A DNA stretch of 32,000 nt from Erysipelotrichaceae bacterium (GCA_963663995.1 OY760660.1:120001-152000), one strand, 5' to 3'. Positions 16,717 through 25,667 are shown, counted from the stretch's first letter. Notes: generated by a model from the letters alone, not told the origin. Program-made: numbers and translations.

Positions 16717-17973
16717 ATGGAAAAGTTTACCCTTAAGGAATTAGCAGTTCCGATGATTAAAGCGATTGATAGTTTTAATTATCTTTTAAAATCGCATCAT
16801 CGTCGAGTAGCAGTCGCATCCTATCATATTGGAAAGAAGCTCAATTTATCGAACGAAGATCTATTGAATCTTGTGATTGCAGCATCCCTCCATGATATAG
16901 GAGCACTGTCAGTACAAGAAAGAGATATGTTGATTAAAGAGGATGTTGATAACCCTGAACCACACTGTGTTATGGGTTATAGTATGCTTCAAACCTTTGA
17001 TGTTTTTAAAGGGATAGCACAAATTATTAAGCATCATCATATTAAGTACGACAAATCATTATCTATGCCTGAAGGTGAAGTTCCATTTGCCTGCTATATT
17101 ATTTATTTAGCGGATAGGGTAGATGTCATGATTAGTCCTGATCAATTTATACTCAGTCAAAAAGATAAAGTTATTTCTCATATTCAAGAAAAAGTAGGCA
17201 TTTTATTTCACCCAGATGTATATGATGCATTTATCGCTGCAGCACGATCAGACATATTTTGGATTGATATGAACAATATGAGTATTGAACAACTCTTTAA
17301 AGAACTTGATTTTAATTTCGATGTTGAAATGAGTTTTGATTTAATTTTAGAGTTTGCCTTAACAATGTCTAAAATTGTTGACTTTAGATCGCAATTTACA
17401 GCATCTCATTCATATACGGTAGCTCAATTAGCCGCAACCATTGGTACTTATTTTGGTTGGAGTGATGAAGACTGCAAGAAACTAAAGATTGCTGGTTATT
17501 TCCACGATATTGGGAAAATTGGCATTGACCCTGGTATTATCGAAAAACCAGGACGATTATCAGATGAAGAATTTCAAATGATAAAATTACACCCTTATTT
17601 TACCGAAAAAATTCTACTAGAACTTCAAGATTCTGAATGGTTTAAAGATATTGTTGATTGGGCAAGTAACCATCATGAAAATATAGAAGGAACTGGCTAT
17701 CCACATGCCATTCATGGTCAAGATGTTCATACTGGTACAAAGATTTTAGCTTTCTCCGATGTCATTACAGCCTTGCTTGAAGATCGACCATATCGTATTG
17801 GCTTACCAATTGAGAAAGCCTTCAATATTATTCGTGGTGAAATTGCACCAAAGATATCAGCTGATATGTTTGAGGTCATTTATCAACATATGGCAGAAAT
17901 TGACGATATTGTTCAAGATTGTAAATTATATTCTTCTGAAGAGTATAAACGTGGTAAAGCCGTATTTCATTAA
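16717..17973 (+). CDS. tandem HD-like / HD-GYP domain protein (putative cyclic-dinucleotide phosphodiesterase)
   Basis: 418 aa with an AAAGGAGA RBS. The second domain has the full set 'YFHDIGKIGI' ... 'HHENIEGTGYP' (HHExxDGxGYP-type). The first domain keeps 'H..R...' and 'LHDIGAL', but the corresponding position reads 'HHHIKYDKS' with no GYP. Confidence 0.85.
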   Translation: MEKFTLKELAVPMIKAIDSFNYLLKSHHRRVAVASYHIGKKLNLSNEDLLNLVIAASLHDIGALSVQERDMLIKEDVDNPEPHCVMGYSMLQTFDVFKGIAQIIKHHHIKYDKSLSMPEGEVPFACYIIYLADRVDVMISPDQFILSQKDKVISHIQEKVGILFHPDVYDAFIAAARSDIFWIDMNNMSIEQLFKELDFNFDVEMSFDLILEFALTMSKIVDFRSQFTASHSYTVAQLAATIGTYFGWSDEDCKKLKIAGYFHDIGKIGIDPGIIEKPGRLSDEEFQMIKLHPYFTEKILLELQDSEWFKDIVDWASNHHENIEGTGYPHAIHGQDVHTGTKILAFSDVITALLEDRPYRIGLPIEKAFNIIRGEIAPKISADMFEVIYQHMAEIDDIVQDCKLYSSEEYKRGKAVFH

Positions 17974-17983
17974 TAAAGAGTAT

Positions 17984-18022
17984 AAAGATATAAAGTTAAT
18001 CTAAAAACTTTATATCTTTTTT
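17984..18022 (+). terminator. rho-independent terminator
   Basis: 14-bp stem AAAGATATAAAGTT (17984-17997) / AACTTTATATCTTT (18006-18019), an 8-nt loop, and a T run. Confidence 0.8.
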
Positions 18023-18075
18023 AAATTATGATAACTTTCCTTGTGATTCACCTAACATGTCGTTAAGATAGAACC

Positions 18076-19395
18076 ATGAATTCACTTAAAATACTTATAG
18101 TCATTGTAAGCATGTTAGGATTATCAGCATGTGAAACAAAAGCGACAACTGATACCAAACTATTTAATGATGATCTTAGTATTATGATTGCGAGTGACAC
18201 ACATTATTTTGACCAATCTCTTTTTGATGATGGTTTAGCTTTTCAAAAACAAGGTGAAAATACAGATGGGCGTCTTCTTCAATATAATGATGATATCAAT
18301 TTAGCTTTTGTCGATGAAGTCATCAAACGAAACCCAGATATTTTAATTTTAAGTGGTGATTTAACTCAAAATGGGGAGAAGATAAGTCACATTAATTTCG
18401 CTAAACTTCTTCAAAAGATTGAAGACGAGGCAGATACAGAAGTATTTGTAATTCCTGGAAATCACGATGTTCAAATAAAATATGCCGCATCTTATATAGG
18501 AGATAAAGCAGAAATTGTTGAGAGTATTTCAGCCTATGAATTTTCAATCATTTATCAAGCTTTTGGATATGAAAATGCTATTTCTAAAGATCCTTACTCA
18601 TTAAGCTATTTTCAAAAGATTAATAATAATCTCTATTTACTTATGGTTGATAGTAATATTTATCAAAATTCTGGTGAGTATGGTTTGCCTTATGCAAAAG
18701 GAAGTATTTCTAAAGAGACTCAAGAATGGATTAAAAACTGTTCTGACATCGCTAATGAAAATGGAGCTCGAATCTTAACTGTTATGCATCATAATCTACT
18801 GAAACATAACGCTAACTTTGATAATTACTCAATTAATGAACGTTATGAACTTTATGATCTATTCAGTGATAATAATCTTAATTTTGTCTTTAGTGGACAT
18901 ATTCATATTCAAAATATTGCACAACTAAAGATCAATGGGACATTGATTACCGATATTGCGAGTGGGTCATTAATGATGCCACCATTTCAATATGGTTTAA
19001 TGCAGTATTCAAACGATTCTGGTTTTGATTATCAAAGAGAAACTTTAGATATTAGCGCTTGGGCAAAAAAGAATGATAGCACGGATGAAATCTTGTTGGA
19101 TTATGAAACTTTCTCTTCACATTTCTTTTACCTATCAAATTTCGAGAGATCAAGTCGTCGATTAAGAAGTAAAGCTGTTTTTACAGAAGAAGAAATATCA
19201 CTCATGTCTGATTTAAAATCTCGTTTAAATAGTGCTTATTTTGCTGGAGATGTGAGTGAAGTCATCAGGGCATATAAAGACAGTGAAGCCTATCAGTTAT
19301 GGTTAAATGTTGATCCAGAACTTGATTTAGATACTTATTTACAAACAATGATTAATTCAATGGGTGAAAACCATACATCTATTCATATCGATTAA
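18076..19395 (+). CDS. lipoprotein metallophosphoesterase (calcineurin-like)
   Basis: 439 aa. Signal peptide with lipobox 'MLGLSAC'. Metallophosphoesterase motifs appear in order: 'IASDTHY' (DxH), 'LSGDLTQNG' (GDxx), 'IPGNHD' (GNHD), 'VMHHNL', 'FSGHIH' (GHxH). Confidence 0.85.
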   Translation: MNSLKILIVIVSMLGLSACETKATTDTKLFNDDLSIMIASDTHYFDQSLFDDGLAFQKQGENTDGRLLQYNDDINLAFVDEVIKRNPDILILSGDLTQNGEKISHINFAKLLQKIEDEADTEVFVIPGNHDVQIKYAASYIGDKAEIVESISAYEFSIIYQAFGYENAISKDPYSLSYFQKINNNLYLLMVDSNIYQNSGEYGLPYAKGSISKETQEWIKNCSDIANENGARILTVMHHNLLKHNANFDNYSINERYELYDLFSDNNLNFVFSGHIHIQNIAQLKINGTLITDIASGSLMMPPFQYGLMQYSNDSGFDYQRETLDISAWAKKNDSTDEILLDYETFSSHFFYLSNFERSSRRLRSKAVFTEEEISLMSDLKSRLNSAYFAGDVSEVIRAYKDSEAYQLWLNVDPELDLDTYLQTMINSMGENHTSIHID

Positions 19396-19414
19396 AAGGA
19401 ACTTGAGTTCTTTT
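19395..19414 (+). terminator. weak terminator-like hairpin
   Basis: AAAGGAAC / GTTCTTTT around loop TTGA (with one G-U pair). The T run is part of the stem. Confidence 0.35.
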
Positions 19415-19876
19415 AATTATTAGACTTGAAAAAGTAACGAAATTTATCTCCAATAATACATGGGGTTCAAATCCTAGACTAATATTACATTATTTAACAA
19501 CATATAATATAGTTCACTAATACGATTCTCACTGCATAATAATTGTATCAAAACAATTTTTCAGAATTTTTACGATTATTTCAGAAAAATCATTGATATG
19601 TCAGAGTTTTCAGTTTGTGAAAGACAAAATGAATTACATCCATTCTTTTACTTTGTTACAATTTTGAAAGGGTTTCAATTCGAAATTAAAAAAGAATTTA
19701 TCGAAAATAATTTAACTCGAATGAGAATAAAAGAAATGGATTATTACCTCAACTCTAACTACAACATATAACTAACAAAGTATATTTTTAATTTCATTTG
19801 ATTCTTGGAAAATAAAATTTGAGATGATTGATTCAATATTGACATATTTTGAAAAAGTACATTAAACATCATTAAA

Positions 19877-19896
19877 AATAGCTCTGCAGAGCTATT
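19877..19896 (-). terminator. perfect 20-bp palindrome; terminator-like on the minus strand, or an operator
   Basis: AATAGCTC TGCA GAGCTATT is the only GC-containing island in an AT-rich gap. On the minus strand it is followed by TTTAAT, giving a run of 5 T including the stem end. On the plus strand there is no T run. Confidence 0.35.
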
Positions 19897-20246
19897 GATT
19901 AAATGCAATTTCACATATTAGATCAAAATTTGAGTTTCAGGTTAAATATATTTTTAATCCAACCATTTTAATCAAAATTTTTTAGATTGGTAGAAAAACG
20001 ATTTTTTTAATTATTTTCTTAAATATTATCCATTAATTGTCTAAAGATGAAGTTTTAATGTGATAGTTAATCAAATATAATAATTTTTTTATTATTTTGG
20101 TTTAAAATAGCACAACATTTTAGGACTATATTTTAGTAATGTCTTTTAAATTCATAAATTGAGGTCTACGATTAATTGTGAATAAGATAATTTCCTAGGT
20201 TAAAGGGAAAAATAGTTAATTTTAACAATTGAAAGGATGAATTAAA

Positions 20247-22193
20247 ATGGATTCAGGAAGAAGAAACATGTATCAAAAAAGACAAATTGCACTCATAGAA
20301 TTGTTAATTATGAGCGATCAACCTATTACAGGGTCACAATTAGCAAAAAACCTAGGTGTATCTTCACGAACGATAAGAACAGATATAGATTCTATTCAAT
20401 CGATGATAAAAGATCAAAATATATCTATAAAGGCAATGAATCCCAAAGGATACTATATTCAATCTTTAGAAAAAGAATTCTTTAAAAAAATCATTGAAGA
20501 TTTCAAATCTAATCAAAAGAAAAATATTCTTCCACAAACACCCAGTGAGCGAATGACTTTTATCCTCATTGATTTACTTCTTCATGGTAAACAATCCATG
20601 CAAGTCTTATCGGATATCTTGTATGTTACTAAGACAACCATTAACACAGATGTGAATAGACTCAATGAATCTTTATCAGAAGGTTTAGCTGAAAATTTGA
20701 TTGTTAGTGATGTTGAAGGTATTCAATTAACAGGTTATGAGTTTGAGATTCGAAAAAGAGCAGCTAGTTGGATAGTTAGAAATCAAGATCGAATGAATCC
20801 ATTAATACAAAGTTTAGAAGTTTTTGAACCACAGATAGATTTTGTGAAAAAAACAGTCAGTATTTACCAAACTTTGATTTCGATTATTGAAGAACATGAA
20901 GTGTATTTAGCAGACAAAGAAGTTGTTTATTTAATGATGTTTCTTATGTTTTCTTATTTAAGAAAACAACATTACCCACTCTCTTTCAAGTTTCAATTTA
21001 ATTCATTAAAGTGGGTTAATGATGTAATCCATCAAACTGAAAAAACTTTGGGAATCACTTGGACTGAAGATGAAGTGAATACAATACGAGGCTTCTGTGA
21101 TTCATTATCACTGGTATCATCTGAAATGGTTCAACAGGACAATAAAGAAATTATTCAACTCATTAATTTGTTCTTAGAAAAAGTTGAACATGCTTATGGC
21201 ATTGATTTAAAGGAAAATGAAAGTTTAAAACACTTTCTTTATGTACATATTCGTTCATTGTTCTATCGCTTAGAATTAAATGAGTTTGAATATAATCCTT
21301 TAAAGGATGATATTAAAAAAAAATTCCCACTTGCTACAGAAATCTCTCTCTTGTTTTATAACTTAGTTAAAAACGAGAAAAGGCTCATGATGAATGATTC
21401 AGAAATTTCATATATCGCTCTACATGTCGCATCGGCCCTAGAGATTTTGATTGAACCTAGTGAGCTCATCCTGGTTTCAAATCTTGGACAAGGTCCAACA
21501 CGATTACTCGCGACTAAACTGATTCACTTCTTTACAAATAAAATTGTCTTAAAGCATACTTATTCAATTTATCAATATGAAAAGGCAATAGAAACGAATG
21601 GTTTTGATTGTGATTTAGTCGTGAGTACTAGCCCACTCAATTCTTATCAATCGATTCCAGTTATTGTTGTAAATCCATTACTCTTTAGAGATGATTTAGC
21701 TCATCTAAAAAGATACATCAACTTTTATTCAACAGAAATGAAAAACCATGATCGGTTTTCCGAATTATTCGATGAACGTTTATATTTCAAAGCTCAGGCA
21801 GAAAACAATTCATATCTCGCGATTGTACGTTTATTAGTTAGACATCTTAAAACATTTGATTATATCGAAGATGAAGATGAATATTATGAACTTATCCTGG
21901 AGAGAGAAAAAACCTTTTCAACGATTATGGATAACGGGATAGCGATACCTCATGCGGCAGAAAATAGAAGTCGTAAAACGGTCATCGCGGTGGCTGTACT
22001 TGATGAACCACTCATTCATGAAGGTAAGAAAGTTAGTTTAATCTTATTAAATGCGATTAATGAAAAAGAAGATCTTCAAAATCTTTATCAAATGATTGAA
22101 AGAGTATTATCTTTAGACAATATTCAAGATGCTTTAAATGCATTAAATCTAAAGGAATTTATTGAAATTATTAGTCAAAAGGAGGCAAAATGA
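20247..22193 (+). CDS. LicR/MtlR-type PRD-domain transcriptional activator (HTH - PRD - PRD - EIIB-like - EIIA-2)
   Basis: 648 aa (alternative start at Met8, nt 20268, behind AGGAAG). N-terminal wHTH 'ITGSQLAKNLGVSSRTIRTDIDSI'. Two PRD-like helical regions ('HFLYVHIRSLFYRL', 'ISYIALHVASAL'). An EIIB-like segment 'LILVSNLGQGPTRLLATKL'. C-terminal EIIA-2 with 'DNGIAIPHAAEN' (His569). The stop overlaps the EIIBC start (ATGA at 22190-22193). Confidence 0.8.
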   Translation: MDSGRRNMYQKRQIALIELLIMSDQPITGSQLAKNLGVSSRTIRTDIDSIQSMIKDQNISIKAMNPKGYYIQSLEKEFFKKIIEDFKSNQKKNILPQTPSERMTFILIDLLLHGKQSMQVLSDILYVTKTTINTDVNRLNESLSEGLAENLIVSDVEGIQLTGYEFEIRKRAASWIVRNQDRMNPLIQSLEVFEPQIDFVKKTVSIYQTLISIIEEHEVYLADKEVVYLMMFLMFSYLRKQHYPLSFKFQFNSLKWVNDVIHQTEKTLGITWTEDEVNTIRGFCDSLSLVSSEMVQQDNKEIIQLINLFLEKVEHAYGIDLKENESLKHFLYVHIRSLFYRLELNEFEYNPLKDDIKKKFPLATEISLLFYNLVKNEKRLMMNDSEISYIALHVASALEILIEPSELILVSNLGQGPTRLLATKLIHFFTNKIVLKHTYSIYQYEKAIETNGFDCDLVVSTSPLNSYQSIPVIVVNPLLFRDDLAHLKRYINFYSTEMKNHDRFSELFDERLYFKAQAENNSYLAIVRLLVRHLKTFDYIEDEDEYYELILEREKTFSTIMDNGIAIPHAAENRSRKTVIAVAVLDEPLIHEGKKVSLILLNAINEKEDLQNLYQMIERVLSLDNIQDALNALNLKEFIEIISQKEAK

Positions 22194-23791
22194 GAATTTT
22201 ACTTCTATGTGCAGGTGGGTTATCAACCAGCCTTCTTGTGACTCGTATGAAAAAATATGCCAAGTCAATTGGAGAAGAACCCCTTATTGAAGCTCATCCA
22301 GTTGGCAATCTAGATGAACTCATCGACCGATTCGATGTCATTCTTCTAGGACCACAAATTAGTCATAAACTTGAAAAAATTAAAGCTCAATTTGGCCAGT
22401 TGGGAAAATTTATTCGAGTTATTGATCCCGCGGATTATGGCTTGCTCCGTGGTGATGAAGTTTATATAAAAGCCAAACTAGATTATAAATCTGGGAAAGG
22501 AAAAAAGAAGACTATGAAAGATAAAATTTTACAAGTTATATCCGACGTTACAAATCATCCGTATATTTCATCCTTACAAAAAGGATTTATGTCAGTTATT
22601 GGTATTACCATTGCTGGCGGTATATTCGCTTTATTAAAAACTCCACCATTTCCTGCAACTACAACGAGTGGGTTTGGATTAGCATGGTTAGCTTGGTCAC
22701 AAGCAAACATGTCCTGGTTACAAGTAGGTTATTCCTTAACCATGGATTTCCTTGCAGTTTATGTATTAATTGGTGCGCTCTTTGCGCTAGCTAGCCATTA
22801 TAAGATGAATAGTTTAAATCCAATTGTTATGGGATTATTGTCCTTCTTAATTCTATCTGTTAATGTTTCTTCATTTGATCCAACCAATCCATATGCCGCA
22901 ATGGGGATGACGTTGAATTTCTTAGGTGGTCAAGGTATCTTTACCGCAATTATTGTTTCCATCCTAGTTGTTGAAATGTTAAGAATATTTAAAGAAAAGA
23001 GCTTCTTAGAAATTAAATTACCTGAAGCTGTTCCTCCAATGGTTTCACAACCATTCGCATCACTTTTTCAAAATTTAGTTGTCATACTTGTCTTTGTATT
23101 AATTAGAATTATATTCTCATCTGTTGGAATGATGTTTCCACAACTCGTATTCGCCTTATTTACACCAATCTTAAAAGCTGCTGATACATTCTGGGCAGTC
23201 GTACTTCTCTTTGCATTCTCTCGTGTATTATGGTTCTTTGGAATTCATGGAACTTCAGTTATCTTTGCGGTATTAATGCCTATTGTTTTGGTTAATACAA
23301 CAGAAAACTTAACAGCTTATGCAGCTGGCGCAGCTATTCCTCATGTATTTGCAGGTGGTTTCATCCTGTTCCAAATTGGTATGCTACCTGCAGCAATTGC
23401 GATGTTAATCATTGCTCGTTCAGAACGTTTAAAAGCGGTTGCTCGATTAGGTATTGTTCCTTCATTCTTTATGATCTCTGAACCAATTTTATTTGGTACA
23501 CCTTTTGTATTAAATCCAATCCTATTTATTCCACATATTGTAGCCTTTGCATACTCTGTAGGTTTAGCTTACTTTACAATGAGCATTGGAATTGTTGGAA
23601 GACCTATTTTCTCTACACCAAATTTTGCGCCAGGTTTTATTACATCTTTCTTAACAACTGGTGATTGGAAGGCAGTTATTCTCTGGATTGTCATTGTTGC
23701 TGGTTCAGTATTAATCTACTTACCATTCCTTAAAAAATATGACAATCAATTGCTCATTGAAGAAGCAAATGAAGCAATAAAAGAAGATTAG
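22190..23791 (+). CDS. PTS lactose/cellobiose-family EIIB-EIIC fusion protein
   Basis: 533 aa. The N-terminal about 100 aa is EIIB(Cel) with 'MRILLLCAGGLSTSLLV' (Cys7 phosphorylation site). A Lys-rich linker 'KSGKGKKKT' follows, then about 430 aa of polytopic EIIC. Confidence 0.85.
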   Translation: MRILLLCAGGLSTSLLVTRMKKYAKSIGEEPLIEAHPVGNLDELIDRFDVILLGPQISHKLEKIKAQFGQLGKFIRVIDPADYGLLRGDEVYIKAKLDYKSGKGKKKTMKDKILQVISDVTNHPYISSLQKGFMSVIGITIAGGIFALLKTPPFPATTTSGFGLAWLAWSQANMSWLQVGYSLTMDFLAVYVLIGALFALASHYKMNSLNPIVMGLLSFLILSVNVSSFDPTNPYAAMGMTLNFLGGQGIFTAIIVSILVVEMLRIFKEKSFLEIKLPEAVPPMVSQPFASLFQNLVVILVFVLIRIIFSSVGMMFPQLVFALFTPILKAADTFWAVVLLFAFSRVLWFFGIHGTSVIFAVLMPIVLVNTTENLTAYAAGAAIPHVFAGGFILFQIGMLPAAIAMLIIARSERLKAVARLGIVPSFFMISEPILFGTPFVLNPILFIPHIVAFAYSVGLAYFTMSIGIVGRPIFSTPNFAPGFITSFLTTGDWKAVILWIVIVAGSVLIYLPFLKKYDNQLLIEEANEAIKED

Positions 23792-23804
23792 ACTAAATTA
23801 ATTA

Positions 23805-23831
23805 AAGGATAGAGAATGATTCTCTATCCTT
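23805..23831 (+). terminator. hairpin between the EIIBC and sulfatase genes (possible partial terminator)
   Basis: 12-bp stem AAGGATAGAGAA / TTCTCTATCCTT with loop TGA. The T run (TGTTTTT) begins only 7 nt later, so termination efficiency is uncertain. Confidence 0.45.
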
Positions 23832-23903
23832 ACTTATGTTTTTAATTTTGAATATGGATTATTTATTAGTCTGTATTCAAAAGGTTAGAACCTAGGAGGC
23901 ACT

Positions 23904-25664
23904 TTGAAAGCTGTACAAGTAATGTTTGACACTTTAAGTCGTAGATTTTTATCAATTTATGGAAATGATTGGGTACAGACTCCCAATTTTGAACGTTTGG
24001 CACGGAAAGCCACCGTCCATAATCGTTTCTTTGCAGGTTCATTGCCTTGTATACCTGCACGAAGAGAACTCCATACCGGTCGTTATAACTTTTTACATCG
24101 ATCATGGGGACCTTTAGAACCTTTTGATTTTTCAGTCATTGAGACACTCAAGAAAAAAGGTGTGTATACTCATCTAATCACAGATCATTCTCATTATTTT
24201 GAAGATGGGGGAGCAACCTATCATAATCGTTTTAATACATGGGAAGCTTATAGAGGCCAAGAAGGGGATCGTTGGGTTCCAACTTTAGATCCAAGTATCA
24301 TTGATATTCCTACTCAAGCATCGACCAATAAAAAGGGTGAGTCACTCAAACATAATTATGCAAATAGAACAAGACAAACTTCAGAATTTGAAATGTCTTC
24401 TGTTAGAACAGTATTAGCTGGATGTGAGTTTATTGATCAATTTAATCAAAATGACTCATGGTTTCTACAAATTGAATGTTTTGACCCTCATGAACCTTTT
24501 TTTGTTCCACAAAAATATTTAGACTTATATGAAGATCATTATGTAGGGGACGTTTTTGATTGGCCACCTTATTCACCGATTACAACTGAAACACCTGAGC
24601 AACAAGAACATGTGATTAAACGCTATGCTGCTTTAATCACCATGTGTGATACTTATTTGGGCAAAGTTTTAGATAAATTTGATGAATATGATTTATGGAA
24701 AGATACACTCCTTATTGTTAATACAGATCATGGTTTCTTAATGGGTGAACATGAATGGTATGGTAAAAATATCCAACCGATGTATAACGAAGTGGCACAT
24801 CTACCATTTGTCATTTATGACCCTCGCACAGAAAATGATTCATTTTCAAATGATTTAAGTCGTAGTATTGATATTGCCCCAACGTTACTTGATTTTTTTA
24901 ACTTAGACATACCTAAAGTAGTCCAAGGAAAAGTAATTAATAAAGAGCATAAAGTAGAAGATGCACTTTTTGGTATGTTTGGTATGCAAGTGAATATCAC
25001 TGATGGTCATTATGTCTATATGCGAGGACCAATTCGTCCTAAAAATGAACCATTATTTGAATATACTTTAATGCCTACACGAATGCGTGGCTTTGTTGAG
25101 ATCCGTAATCTTCAAAAAACAACCCTTCAAGAAGCCTTTAACTTTACAAGTGGACTGCCTTTATTAAAGATTCCAACTGGATCTTTTATGAATCCATATC
25201 GTTATGGACATAAGTTATTCAATATTGATGAAGACTATGAGCAAATAAAACCGCTCGATGATCTAAAACTTGAGCTTCATTTTTTAAATAAACTAAAAGA
25301 TGCAATGAAGGAAAATGATGCACCTCTTGAACAATATCAACGTTTAGGATTAAACATCAGTGAAGATATGACTTTAGAACAACTTTTAGCTCAAAGAGCA
25401 CTAAGAAAAGAAGACATGAAAGTTGATATTGGTATCGAACTAACATCTAAACAAGAAGCTCAAATAAGATTAATTCGTGAAATGATGCCTGAAAAGCTCT
25501 ATGTTCAGTTTGAATTAGATTTAAAACTAGCGTTTTCTAGAACATCAGATCCTGATATTGTCATTCAAAGTTCAATCAAACAATTTACTGAGATGATGCG
25601 TTTGCCTGAAAAAGCATTACCGATGATACTCAACATGTTTGAAACAGCTGACAAAGATGATTAA
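23904..25664 (+). CDS. Cys-type sulfatase-family protein, cytoplasmic (no signal peptide)
   Basis: 586 aa from TTG (23904), 4 nt after AGGAGG (23894-23899). An in-frame stop at 23886 prevents a longer N-terminus. Sulfatase signature I 'LPCIPARRELHTGRY' matches C-x-P-x-R-x4-T-G-R (Cys49, nt 24048-24050). There is an N-terminal metal-ligand Asp in 'VMFDTL', then 'IVNTDHGFLMGEHEWYGKN' (DHG...GK). No hydrophobic leader. Confidence 0.8.
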   Translation: MKAVQVMFDTLSRRFLSIYGNDWVQTPNFERLARKATVHNRFFAGSLPCIPARRELHTGRYNFLHRSWGPLEPFDFSVIETLKKKGVYTHLITDHSHYFEDGGATYHNRFNTWEAYRGQEGDRWVPTLDPSIIDIPTQASTNKKGESLKHNYANRTRQTSEFEMSSVRTVLAGCEFIDQFNQNDSWFLQIECFDPHEPFFVPQKYLDLYEDHYVGDVFDWPPYSPITTETPEQQEHVIKRYAALITMCDTYLGKVLDKFDEYDLWKDTLLIVNTDHGFLMGEHEWYGKNIQPMYNEVAHLPFVIYDPRTENDSFSNDLSRSIDIAPTLLDFFNLDIPKVVQGKVINKEHKVEDALFGMFGMQVNITDGHYVYMRGPIRPKNEPLFEYTLMPTRMRGFVEIRNLQKTTLQEAFNFTSGLPLLKIPTGSFMNPYRYGHKLFNIDEDYEQIKPLDDLKLELHFLNKLKDAMKENDAPLEQYQRLGLNISEDMTLEQLLAQRALRKEDMKVDIGIELTSKQEAQIRLIREMMPEKLYVQFELDLKLAFSRTSDPDIVIQSSIKQFTEMMRLPEKALPMILNMFETADKDD

Positions 25665-25667
25665 ATG

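Noticed and set aside
19665-19677. A cre-like palindrome, TGAAAGGGTTTCA, upstream of the PTS locus.
   Set aside because: It is 13 nt rather than 14 nt and lacks the central CG of the CcpA cre consensus (TGWAANCGNTNWCA). It also lies about 580 bp from the regulator start.
23866-24105. A 79-aa minus-strand ORF overlapping the sulfatase start. The same judgement applies to the short shadow ORFs at 3338-3583, 3769-3951, 10737-11021, 15809-16039, 17759-18004, 24815-25000, 26760-27099, 27602-28021, 29726-29935 and 31635-31877.
   Set aside because: All are embedded in or antisense to longer ORFs with clear family motifs. They have no RBS and their composition is odd and low-complexity. I treat them as shadow ORFs.
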